Positions 25,020 to 36,949 of a stretch of 64,000 bases of DNA are shown piece by piece. How positions within the stretch are numbered: position 1 is the stretch's first letter; each line of letters starts with the position of its first letter. Origin of the DNA: Leucoraja ocellata (taxonomy: Eukaryota); NCBI GenBank assembly GCA_036785375.1, contig JAWMAR010000077.1, forward strand, positions 1,364,001-1,428,000, written 5' to 3'. The notes below the pieces were generated by a model that saw only the letters and a list, made by a program, of their open reading frames with translations, made no database searches and had not been told where the DNA came from. A program made the position numbers and the translations under genes.

Positions 25020-27215
25020 ATTGACAATAGACAGTAGGTGCAGGAGTAGGCCATTCGGCCATTCGAGCCAGCACCGCCATTCAATGTGATCATGGCTGAT
25101 CATCCCCAATCAGTACCCCGTTCCTGCCTTTTCGCCATGTACCCTGACTCCGCTATCTTTAAGAGCCTATCGAGCTCTCTCTTGAAAGCATCCAGACAAT
25201 CTGCCTCCACCGCCCCTCTGAGGCAGAGAATTACACACACTCGCAACTCACTGTGAGAAAAAGTGTTTTCCTCGTCTTCGTTCTAAATGGCTTACCCCTT
25301 ATTCTTAAACTGTGGCAGTGGCGGACTGGCCAGGGTGTCAGCTTCCCCAATGGCAAGTGGGCCCCCTTTGTCTCCTGGCAACCCATATTTTTAGACCCAG
25401 TCCGCTACTGAACTGTGGCCCCTGGTTCTGGACTCCCCCAATATCGGGAGCATGCTTCCTGCCTCCAGCGTGTCCAGACCCTTAACAATCTTATATGTTT
25501 CAATAAGATCCCTTCTCATCCTTCTAAACTCCAGAGTGTACAAGCCCAGCTGTTTCATTCTCTCCGCATATGAGGCCAACATGCCATTCGCTTTTTTCAC
25601 TGCCTGCTGTACCTGCATGCTTACTTTCATAGACTGATGTACAAGGACCCCCAGATCCTGTTGTACTTCCCGTTTTCCCAACTTGACGCCATTTAGATAG
25701 TAATCTGCCTTTATGTTTTTGCTACCAAAGTGGATAACCTCACATTTATCCGCATTAAACTTCATCCGCCATGCATCTGCCCATTACCCCAATCTGTCCA
25801 AGTCACCCTGCATTCTCATAAAATCCTCCTCACAGTTCACACTGCCACCCAGCTTTGTGTCATCTGCAAATTTGCTAATGTTACTTTGAATCCCTTCATC
25901 CAAATCATTGATGTATATTGTAAATAGCTGCGGTCCCAGCACCGAGCCTAGCGGTACCCCACTAGTCACTGCCTGCCATCTGAAAGGGACCCGTTAATCC
26001 CTACTCTTTGTTTCCTGTCTGCCAACCACTTCTCTATCCATGTCAGCACTCTACCCCCAATACCATGTGCCCTAATTTTGCCCACTAATCTCCTATGTGG
26101 GACCTTATCAAATGCTTTCTGAAAGTGCAGGTACACTACATCCCCTGTCTCTCCCTTATCCATTATCCTAGTTACATCTTCAAAAAATTCCAGAAGATTA
26201 GTCAAGAATGATTTCCCCTTCGTAAATCCATGGTGACTCGGACCGATCCTGTTACTGCTATCCAAATGTTCGGCTATCTCATCTTTTATAATTGACTCCA
26301 GCATCTTCCCCACCACCGATGTCAGGCTAACTGGTCTATAATTCCATGTTTTCTCTCTCCCGCCTTTCTTAAAAATGGGATAACATTAGCTACCCTCCAA
26401 TCCACAGGAACTGATCCTGAGTCTATTGAAAATTATCACCAATGCATCCACGATTTCTAGAGCCACTTCCTTATGTACCCTGGGATGCAGACCATCAGGC
26501 CCTGGGGATTTATCAGCCTTCAGTACCATCAGTCTATCCAACACAATTTCCTGCCTAATGTGGATTTCCTTCAGTTCCTCCGTTACCCTCGGTCCTCTGG
26601 CCACTAGTACATCAGGAAGATTATTTGTGTTCTCCTTAGTGAAGACAGATCCAAAGTACCTGTTCAACTCATCTGCCATTTCCTTGTTCCCCATAATAAA
26701 TTCACCTTTTTCGGTCTTCAGGGGTCCAACTTTGGTCTTAACTAATTGTTTTCCTCTTCACATACCTAGAAGAAGCTTTTACTATCGTGCTTTATAATCT
26801 TGGCTAGCTTACCTTCGTACCTCATCTTTTCTTCCCGTATTGTCTTTTTGGTTATTTACTGTTCTTTAAACATTACCCAATCCTCTTGCTTCTCACTCAT
26901 CTTTGCTACATTGTACTTCTTCACTTTAATTTTCATCCTGTCCCTGACGTCCCTTGTCAGCCATGGTTGTCCCTTTCTCCCCTTGGAATCTTTCTTCCTC
27001 CTAGGAATGAACTGATTCTGCACCTTCTGTATTATTCCTAGAAATTCCTGCCATCTTTGTTCCACTGTCATCCCTACTCACGCATCTTTCCAGTCAACTT
27101 TGGCCAGCTCCTCCCTCCATGGCCCCATAGTTCCCTTTATTCAACTGTAACACTGACACCTCCGATCTACCCTTCTCCCTCTCCAATTGTAGATTAAACC
27201 TGACCATGTTATGCA
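25020..27215 (-). mobile_element. Longer CR1-like LINE fragment
   Basis: [29 protein letters not shown] on the minus strand. Confidence 0.88.
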
Positions 27216-27603
27216 GATAAGATATTGCAGATAACTGCACTCTCTCTGCAGGTTATGAGATGCACTACAATTATTCACCCATATTACTGACAATTCTCTT
27301 CCATCATAGATTAATTTAACTGGTGCATTGATACCTGCAGATTCCCCTCCAGGTTGCATGCCATTCCAAATTGTAAATATGTATCTCTGTCCCATGGACT
27401 ATAGCGACTTACTTATTACATTCATTCAGTGCCTATGCAGGATAATTTCTGGATTTGAGTGCCCTATTTTGTTACTACCAGCGAGAAGGAGGTACAGGAG
27501 CCTAAGACCATGACCTCCAGCTTCAAGACCAGCTTCTTCCCTTCAACCATCAGTTCTTGAACACTAAACAACACTAACCTCAGCAACTATGATATTCTGT
27601 TGA

Positions 27604-27798
27604 CTGCCACAGAAGGTAGTTGAGGCCAGTTCATTGGCTATATTTAAGAGGGAGTTAGATGTGGCCCTTGTGGCTAAAGGGATCAGGGGTATGGAGAGAA
27701 GGCAGGTACGGGATACTGAGTTGGATGATCAGCCATGATCATATTGAATGGCGGTGCAGGCTCTTGCACCTATTTTATATGTTTCTATGTTTCCATGA
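27604..27798 (+). mobile_element. CR1-like LINE 3' end
   Basis: Conserved 3' UTR and tail. Confidence 0.8.
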
Positions 27799-28464
27799 CT
27801 ATGTCTTTGGTTTCGTTGCGGACTTGGATCTTTTCATTATTTTGGTTATGTAGTCTTAATGGCTATTAAGTGATGCTGTTTTGATGGTTATATATATCAG
27901 CGTGCTGTTGCATTTACCGCCTGTTAAACTGCAGGAAGTAAGAATGTAATTGTTCCGTTGTCGGTATCGATGCCAATTATAACGTCTTGACCCTTGAACC
28001 TTGGTCGGGGGTCGTGCAAGGAAACGGCGACCAGGAGAAATACCTTTAGTTGATGACCTTAATGAATGGGAACGCGTTGAAGGGACCACTGACGTGCTCT
28101 TGCTCATTTTCTCCATTTTTTTAATGTCGTCAGTTCTCTGGCATGACATTTGAACCAATGAGAGATAAACCGAAGTGTCCAATGTTTACAGGTCCCTTCA
28201 AATACTTGTGATTGCAAAGAAAAAGAAAAAGAAAACGCTGGAAGCACTTAGCAGATCGAGCAGTAGCTATGCTGCCAGACTGAGACTTCTGACTTGGTAT
28301 AATCACCGAGGTGGCAAGGACTAATGTTGAAAATATAACGGGGAGATCACAAGAAGATGCGAGATAATGTCATGGGGAATGTTGAGGCAAAGTGCAACCA
28401 GGATGGCAAGCATGGACAGAAGAACTGTGAATACGAGAACGTAGGAACAAAAATACAACAGATG

Positions 28465-28665
28465 CTTGTTATAACAAAGATCGATACAAAGTGCTGGAGG
28501 AACTCGGCGGGTCAGGCAGCATTTCTGAAAGGAAAAGGGCAGGTGATAGACATTCCGATGCGGGATTCTTCAGTCTGAAGTAGGGTCTCGGCCCGAAACG
28601 TCACCTATTCCTTTTCTCCAGAGATGTTGCCTGGCCCGCTGAGTTACTCCAGCACTTTGGGTCTA
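28465..28665. mobile_element. Fold-back Penelope-derived repeat with central hammerhead motif
   Basis: Arms AAAGTGCTGGAGGAACTCGGCGGGTCAGGCAGCAT / ATGTTGCCTGGCCCGCTGAGTTACTCCAGCACTTT; CTGAAGTAGGGTCTCGGCCCGAAACGTC at 28575; similar structures near 6245-6400 and 24040-24220. Confidence 0.7.
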
Positions 28666-28944
28666 ACTGTGAATGTGATCTTATTGCTGTTGCTTCCAAA
28701 GCAAGCGAGAACTTGCGCGACAGCCAGTATCAACTGCATGACTTCAATGTTGCAACTTATTTATTTGAAGGTGCTCCGTCTGCAGACTGGTCGTAAAACC
28801 ACTCCTGTTCCCACCTCTCTCTGGGCAAATGTATTCACAAATCAACTTGCAGATAAAGGTGCAGACCACAACCGGGGCACCTCGCATTTCATTCTAACCA
28901 TGTGATCAGAGGAGCTAGTCCATCCGAATAGTTACCGCGGCAGC

Positions 28945-29351
28945 ATGTCGCTCCGTTGTCTAGTTACCATCTGGTGGTTTTTCCTTGGTAAGTACTGTAT
29001 GGAAACAACCACTTTCCGTCTTTCCTTGTCCATGTAGCTTCAATGTTTTTTAATTTACAGCTGGATATTCTGCCAATGATTTGCAACAGCCTCAGATATC
29101 GATCACGAAGCCTGTGACCACAACCGTGAAGATACAGTGTTTGGCAAAGGATGTCGATGATATCCTTTGGTATCAACAACGCAGCGACCAGGCGCCCAGA
29201 AGGATCCTGCGCTATAGCAAAGGGAAATCGGAGCGGGATCAGGGAATACCCGCCAAATTCTCAGCCGAGGGAAGTGACTCAACTTTCTCTCTTGTGATTG
29301 ATAACACCGACCTGTCTGATGCCGCCACCTATTACTGTGCCCGATGGGTCT
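28945..29351 (+). CDS. TRGV: TCR gamma V segment V3 (leader 28945-28987, intron 28988-29060, V exon 29061-29351)
   Basis: Leader MSLRCLVTIWWFFL; intron gtaagt...ttacag; LQQPQISITK, VKIQC, LWYQQR, DAATYYCARW. Confidence 0.92.
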
Positions 29352-29390
29352 CACAGTGTGATGCAATGACAGGTGTTCGATACAAAAACC
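29352..29390 (+). other. 23-RSS of V3 (perfect consensus)
   Basis: CACAGTG + 23 nt + ACAAAAACC. Confidence 0.95.
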
Positions 29391-29549
29391 CCTCGAGCCT
29401 CTCTGGCAGATTGACTGCTCGCCGAGCATTGGGAACTCCGGTTTATTGCCAGAGGGGAGCGGTCCCAGTCAATAAGTGGGATTGGTATTGCATTTACCGA
29501 TACTTTGACACTCTGCCTGTAGCGCTTGGTTTGCGCTCCAGCACCACGC

Positions 29550-29718
29550 GGTGAGGCGGAGATCCGGAGTGAAATTTATCTCTGAGCTGGAATAGGAAAC
29601 GACATCACACCAAATGGAAGCGGCAACTTCCTGGTGCGACAGAAGTGGGGCGGTGGTGAGACCAGTAGCCAGCAGCATCTCAGTCGCCTGGCTGGACGCG
29701 ATGCCCCAACTCCTGAAC
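29550..29718 (+). promoter_or_regulatory. V4 promoter region conserved with the V5 promoter (43826-44082)
   Basis: Shared blocks GGAGATCCGGAGTG, CACCAAATGGAA and CAGCATCTYAGTCGCCTGGCTG upstream of both ATGs. Confidence 0.6.
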
Positions 29719-30161
29719 ATGAGGGCGGCCTTGGCTGTCATTGTAATGATCTCCTTTCTCTGTCAGTGGTTAGCATTTAACGACCATTTTCATCAGCCTT
29801 TCACTGTTACCGTGTGAAAGATTTCGATAACCATGTGCTCTTTTCTCCTGCAGGTATATCGGCGGCTCAAATATTGACGCAGTCTCAATTATCGATCACT
29901 AAAGGTCCAACGAAACCTGTCCACTTTTACTGTGAGGTTAAAGATATAGATTTGGAAGAAGCCGTTATACATTGGTACCGGCAGAGGCCGGGGGAAGGGC
30001 TGCAGCGGCTTTTTATTTTAAGACTGCATACGAATATCAGAAAGATGTGGCGGAGGAACGATTCACTGCTAGTAAAATATCTGAGAAAAATTCGTGCACT
30101 CTGCTCCTGACGAATATCCCGAGCGGACGATGCTGGTACCTATTACTGTGCTTATTGGCTA
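29719..30161 (+). pseudogene. TRGV: TCR gamma V segment V4, frameshifted (leader 29719-29761, intron 29762-29853, V exon 29854-30161); paralog of V5
   Basis: Leader MRAALAVIVMISFL; LTQSQLSITK, FYC, IHWYRQRPGEGLQR; -1 in the T run at 30010-30014 and +1 in the C run at 30118-30120 relative to V5; TGA at 30108-30110 in the shifted frame; DAGTYYCAYW resumes afterwards. Confidence 0.85.
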
Positions 30162-30200
30162 CACAGTGGCCGATAGCGACGGGAAGCCAGTACATAAACC
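30162..30200 (+). other. 23-RSS of V4
   Basis: CACAGTG + 23 nt + ACATAAACC. Confidence 0.92.
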
Positions 30201-31464
30201 CAACTTGTGCGCAACATGTTCAAGTGGTTCGAGACCAAATCACAGGTGTGGCGTCTGCAGATCTCCGCGAACATCTGCGTATACCGGGAGGCATTCGGTT
30301 TCTCCACGATGTTATTTGCATTTTATTTTATAACTGGAATGAATAAATTTGTTTTGACAAATTAAAATGCGCATCAACGTGGATCCGAAGGACATACATT
30401 AGTTCATATGTTCGTGTGATGGGAGCAGAATTAGGCCATTTGGCCCATCATGTCTACTTCACCATTCAATCATGGCCGATCTATCTTCTCTCAACCCCGC
30501 CCTGCCTTCCCCCCATAACCCGTGACACGCATAGACGTCAAGAATCTATATCTGCTTTAAAATATCAATTGACATGGCCTCCACAGCCTTCTGTGGCAAT
30601 GAATTCCACAGATTCGCCACACTCTGACAAAAAAAATCTCCTCATCTCCCTTCCTGAGGGAAAGTCCATTTATCCTGAGGCTATCACCTCTGGTCCCAGA
30701 CTCTCCCACTAGTGGAACCATCTTCTCCACATCCACTCACTCTATCCAGGCTATTCGGTAACTTTCAATGAGGTCCCCCTCATGCTTCTATATGGATACC
30801 AACGAATACCCAGGCCACTTCTGTCGTCCCATGTTCACAAGGAACAAATAGTTCAATCTAAGCGCCCTTCTCTGAACTAGAGTAATCGAATTGTACACCA
30901 TGGGAAAATTGTCTTTCGGCCCACCATATCCACGTTGACCTTTTGTATGATCTATATTGAACCCATTTGCCCCGCATTAGCTACGTATCCTTTTTTTCTG
31001 CCTTATTGATATAACTACGTTCATATGTGTCTCTTAAAGGATGTGGTTGTATCTGATTTACCCCCCCCCCCCCCTCCACACACACACACACACGCACACA
31101 CACGCACACATACACGTTCCAGATATGAACCACTGTCAGTTAAATACAACTTTCCTCTCAAACCCTTTGAAGGGTCTTGACCCGAATTGTCACCCATTCC
31201 TTGTCCCGCTGAGTTACTCCAGCATTTTGTGTCTACCCCCATTAAAACCTATCCTTCTCATCTTAAAGCTGTACCGTCTTGTTGTTGATATCCCATATCA
31301 TTGAAAAGAGATTATATCTACTCTATCTATGGCACTTAATTTTACATCCCAATCTGCTCATTGATCGCCCTCCTTCTCCCATAAAAAAACAGCTCATCTG
31401 TCTCTTCCCATAGGTGAAGACCTCCAAGACAGGCAACTAGGACTGGAGTGTAAACGGCACGGTG

Positions 31465-31870
31465 TAGTTGGGGTAAGTGGATTGGGAATGAGTGGCATTG
31501 GGTGCGTGGGTTTGATAATAGCTGGGTTTGAGGAGCAGGTGGGTCTGGGAATAGGTGTCATTTAAAGAGTGGGTAGGTTTGTGAATATGTGTGTTTGGGG
31601 AGTGGGTGTTTGGGGTGGGTAACATTGGGACCAGGTGATTTGGGGGAGAGGGTAGGTTTGGGAGTAGATAGCATTGGCCAGTGGGTGGTTTTTAGGAGGA
31701 GGTAGGTTTGTGGCTTTGAGCAGTGGCTGGGTTTACAAGTGGATGATTTGGGAATAGTTGGGTTTGGGAAGCGGATGATTAGAGAGTAGGTAGGCTGGGA
31801 GAGGATGGATTTGGACATCGGTGGGTTTGTCCAGTCAGTGTGTTTGGGCGTAGATGGCTTTGTGTTGTTG
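31465..31870. repeat. Degenerate G/T-rich minisatellite
   Basis: Recurring GGGTTTG / TGGGT units with strong strand asymmetry. Confidence 0.65.
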
Positions 31871-32042
31871 CCTTATTGAAAGTAATGGCATATACCTTCT
31901 TTCAAAATCTTCTAGTGACTAAATAGTTCCTCCATATTCACAACACAGATTCGGCCCTTTAGGAAAACCAATTTTCTTCACGGCCATGGGCTTGGGTACA
32001 AAATATCCCGATGAGAAAGAGTAATATCTATATTACTAAAAG

Positions 32043-32242
32043 NNNNNNNNNNNNNNNNNNNNNNNNNNNNNNNNNNNNNNNNNNNNNNNNNNNNNNNNNN
32101 NNNNNNNNNNNNNNNNNNNNNNNNNNNNNNNNNNNNNNNNNNNNNNNNNNNNNNNNNNNNNNNNNNNNNNNNNNNNNNNNNNNNNNNNNNNNNNNNNNNN
32201 NNNNNNNNNNNNNNNNNNNNNNNNNNNNNNNNNNNNNNNNNN
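32043..32242. other. Assembly gap (200 N)
   Basis: Run of N. Confidence 1.
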
Positions 32243-33080
32243 ATGTGGTCTCTCCAGGAAGTATCGCAGCTGGCGTCCTAGTGCCATTGCAACAACCTAG
32301 AGCTCAATGCTCTTAAGTCAGTGGAACTGATTGTACACTGTAGGAGGGCTCCCCCTCCCTTCACCCCAACCATCAACTACACCACAGTCACATCTGTGGA
32401 GTCTTTTAAGTTCCTGAGAACCATCATCTCCAAGGACCTTATGTGGGGGGCTACCATTGACTCCACAGTCAAAAAGGCACAACAGAGGATGTACCTCCTG
32501 CGGCAGCTGAGGAAGCACAATCTGCCACAGGCAATGATGATCCAATTCTACACGGCCATCATGGAGTCTGTTCTCATCTTCGCCATCGTGGTCTTGTTTG
32601 GCTCAGCCACCAAGCACGACACCTGGAGGCTGCAGTGAATCGTCCGATCAGTAGAGGAGATTATTGGCTGCAACCTTCCCTCCATTGATGAACTGTACAC
32701 TGAAAGGGACAGGAACGAGCGGGCAAGATCATCTCTGACCCCTCTCACCCTGGCCACAAACTCTTTGAATCACTTCCCTCTGAAGGCGACTCAGGATTGT
32801 CAAAGCTGCCACAGCCAGACATAAAAACAATTTTTATCCACGAGTAGTTGCTCTACTCAACAGCCAAAAATCTGTAGTCTCCCTTTGATCTGGTATTTTG
32901 TTGGTTCCCATGCTTGATCAATGGTGTTTTATCATTAATGTTTTATTATTATTAATGTTTAGTGTTTTCTGAGTCGTTCGTAACTGTCACTGTATGTCGT
33001 GTTGTTACTTGTGGGGCAGAGCACCAAGGCAAATTCCTTGTATGTGAATACTTGGCCAAAACTTACTTACTTACTTACTT
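32243..33080 (+). mobile_element. Rex1/Babar-like LINE 3' fragment
   Basis: VESFKFL, KKAQQRMY.LRQLRK; (ACTT)n tail. Confidence 0.85.
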
Positions 33081-35264
33081 GTTTGGGCAGTCTCGTCAAT
33101 AATAGATAAATCTGGTGTTTCTCCCAACATGCCCTTCTCATCAAGGCAGGGTCGAGTCTCTGGTTTGTCAGCCAGGAAGAGCGCACACCACCTGGTTAAG
33201 GGAGACTACTCTCCTACCAGGTTCTTGAACCAAGTTGCACAACCATATTCCTTCCTTGTTAACATTCCAGGCCACCTCTTGATATATTATGGACTTGTTT
33301 TCTAATTGTGTTTTGCACTAATGTCTTATTTTTTAATATATTTTTTATTGTCTTGCAAAATTTACGTATAATTTAAGTATCATTTACCTTGTGTGTGTTG
33401 TCTGAGTGTACGCACCTGTGCACATACTGTATACTCAGCCAACATCATGCTGTTGCAAGCATGATTCTCATTGTATCTGTACCCCGTGATACATGCATAG
33501 ACGAGGACTATCACCTTCACACCATTGTACAAGTGGGGCATATCATATCCAAAGAATGTGTTAGAGAAATCTAACACTTTACCTATGAGTTATGTCTCTG
33601 CAAGTTTGACTGGGATCTTGCATGGGTGACCTGGGATATTTGGTATAGGGCACTCTCGAGGAAATGTGATTGGAACCCACCACGCTGACCTGGCCAACCT
33701 GCAGGTACATGAAATATTAATCTTAATCTTAAATTTCTAGACCTCTTTGCAGCCTTGGTCCATACACATATCAGGGTGCTGAATTCCAGAGCTTAGGTGG
33801 GCGTGATTGTTCTTGATATCAATGCAGAACATGGTTGACTGTATCCACATAGGGCCTCTGGTAAAGCTGAACTTATTAGGCATCAAAGGGAAATCCCTCC
33901 AAGGACTGCTGCCATAACTCATACTAGGGTTGATGCATGAGGATGTTGGTGGTTAATCATTTCAGACACAGAAAATCACTGCAAGAGTTTCTTCCTAGGC
34001 ATCTTCAATTGCTTCATGAGATACAGTTCTGATATAAGCAGATGGGGTTAGCTTAGCTAGTCGTTACATTCAGCATTGTCTGTCAGGAAAAGACCCATTT
34101 CTATGCTGTACAATGCCAAGATTTCATGAGGTCTGATGTTTGTTGATGATTACAAAATATCCAGCCCCATTCACAACTACTCAGCAAATGAAGAATCATT
34201 TACTTGCAACACCAATATGTAATCAAAATTCAGGCATGGACCAGTAAATGAAAATTGACATTTATGTTACAGGACTACTGTGACGCCTTCAAACCCACGA
34301 TGGTTTTGCATACAGCCTGTCACCACTGGCGACTCGCCATCTGCCTCACGAGAAGGTCCAGCCACAAGAGCGAGCTCAATAATAACTCCAAAGTCAGATG
34401 CACTAATTGGCCTTATCTGCACACGGGTTATGATTGGTGAGAATGTAGGTAAAAGGGGCTCTGGAATAAACGTGACACCTTGTGTCTGGCTCAGCTATGT
34501 GCCATTTGTTCCTTGCTTTCTGTCGTGAGATTCAGTAGATCCTACAACTGGTGACCGCATTGCTACACGCAACCATCCACTTACTCACAAAATGTATGAC
34601 GATAAATGTGACACAGTGCCAGCCGACGAAGTAAAACTCGATGTCCCAAATCGTTTTACAACCAGCGCAGGAGCGTGCTTTGACTAGTATTGACCAGAAG
34701 CTCGATTACACTCCCTCAATGTCACGAGCCAACGGACGAAATTCGGGTGCCTAGTAGCTCGTCTTCCAGAGCAGATGGCATGGGAAGTAGAGGACGTGCT
34801 CCTTAATCCTGAAGAAATGATGCCAGCCAACGTGCTTACATCCGCTATTTTGGAGCGAACGCAGCCCTCGAAGCAAGCCCACATTTTGGAGCTGCTAGGA
34901 GATGATAATCTCGGCGATAGGAGGACATTCCAAATGCTGCAGAGATGGCGCAGGCTGGAGGTAAACAAAAAGATTGACGGCGATGTCTGGAAACAGAAGT
35001 TTCTCCACTGCATGCCTGCCAGGCACGTGCCGTCAGGGTAGGCAGGGTAAGCAGTGCCTACCCTGAATAAAATTATAAAACCGTAATTATTAAATATAAA
35101 TAGTAAAGGCGCGGGAGAATTATGTTTACCTAAGAGATCGATCTCCCGTGCCTTTCATCCGCAGTACATTTAAAACATGGAAGTATATGCTACTCACGTG
35201 CCATCGACGCTCCTTCAAGCCATCGGTGTCAACGGTCTATAAAGGCAGCTGAAATTCGGCCTTT

Positions 35265-35925
35265 ACATAGAAACATAGAAACATAGAAAATAAGTGCAGG
35301 AGTAGGCCATTCGGCCCTTCGAGCCTGCACAGCCATTCAATATGATCATGGCTGATCATCCAACTCAGTATCCTGTACATGCCTTCTCTCCATATCCCCG
35401 ATCCCTTTAGCCACAAGGGCCACATCTAACTCCCTCTTAAACATAGCCAATGAACTGGCCTCAACTACCTTCCGTGGCAGAGAATTCCAGAGATTCACCA
35501 CTCTCTGTGTGAAAAATGTTTTTCTCATCTCGGTCCTAAAAGATTTACCCCTTATCCTTAAACTGTGACACCTTGTTCTGGACTTCCCCAACATCTGGAA
35601 CAATCTTCCTGCATCAAGCCTGTCCAACCGCTTTAGAATTTTGTAAGTTTCTATAAGATCCCCCTTCAATCTTCTAAATTCTAGCGAGTACAAGCCGAGT
35701 CTATCCTGTCTTTCTTCATATGAAAGTCCTGACATCCCAGGAATCAGTCTGGTGAACCTTCTCTGTACTCCCTCTATGGCAAGAATGTCCTTCCTCAGAT
35801 TAGGAGACCAAACCTGTACGCAATACTCCAGGTGTGGTCTCACCATGACCCTGTACAACTGTAGTAGAACCTCAAATCAAATCTTTTCTCATACTCAAAT
35901 CCTTTTGCTATGAGTGCTGACATAT
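35265..35925 (-). mobile_element. CR1-like LINE 3' fragment nested in the hAT-like element
   Basis: ORF 35346-35858 (VRPHLEYC, GLYSLEF) and tail. Confidence 0.88.
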
Positions 35926-35982
35926 GTTAAACCGTGGGCAACGTGCATGTGCAGCGCAAGTTTCTTGGCGGGTGCATTGGCT

Positions 35983-36590
35983 TGAAGTTGTAAGGCACTA
36001 CCTACTGCAAATGGTGGCATGAAGTTGAAAGGCACTACTTACTGCAAATGGTGGCTTGGGTGCTTTGGCTTGAAATTGAAAGGCACTACTTACTGCAAAT
36101 GGTCGCTTGGGTGCTTTGGCTTGAAGTTGAAAGGCACTACTTACTGCAAACGGTAGTTTGGGAACTTTGGTTTGAAGTTGAAAGGCACTACTTACTGCAA
36201 ATGGTCGCTTGGGTGCTTTGATTTGAAGTTGAAAGGCACTACTTACTTCAAATGTTGCCATGAAGTTGAAAGGCACTACCTACTGCAAATGGTGGCTTGG
36301 GTGCTTTGGCTTGAAGTTGAAAGGCACTACTTACTGCAAATGGTGGCTTGGGTGCTTTGGCTTGAAGTTGAAAGGCACTACTTACTGCAAATGGTGGCGG
36401 GTGCTTTGGCCTGAAGTTGAAAGGCGCTACTTACTGCAAATGGTGGCTTGGGAGCTTTGGCTTGAAGTTGAAAGGCATTACTTACTGCAAACGGTGGCTT
36501 GGGTGCTTTGGTTTGAAGTTGAAAGGCACTACTTACTGCAAATGGCGGCTTGGGTGCTTTGGCTTGAAGTTAAAAGGCACTACTCCAAAT
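35983..36590. repeat. 51-bp minisatellite, about 12 copies
   Basis: Unit GAAGTTGAAAGGCACTACTTACTGCAAATGGTGGCTTGGGTGCTTTGGCTT. Confidence 0.95.
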
Positions 36591-36949
36591 GCACGTATTT
36601 CCTGTTTGCACTGTATATTGATTTGAGAAAAAACGCTACCACTTACGGCTGTGATTTTTGGCCATCTTACTCAGTCCCCACTCACTGAGCAGGTGCAGAG
36701 AATTCTTCTCATCAATGAAAAAAAAAAGTGTTTTTAGTGTTTAAAAATTGTTGAGAATCTCTGTCCTGTCAATCACGCCATTAAAGCCACACCTTTTCTG
36801 GTGGGAGGGGGAGGGGTTATAAAACCCGGAAGTGTGGGTGTGGCTCAGTCTCTGCATGATGGGGGAGGGAGGGGTCACGACTCTGTCTGAGCTGTGAATC
36901 AACTGAACACACTGAACTGTGAGTTTCGTGTTTTGTGTGGTTTTATGGT

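Noticed and set aside
35983-36590. Regular repeat array resembling CRISPR, with 17-aa repeat ORFs (LKGTTYCKWWLGCFGLK)
   Set aside because: Head-to-tail 51-bp units with no unique spacers in eukaryotic DNA; the ORFs arise because 51 is divisible by 3
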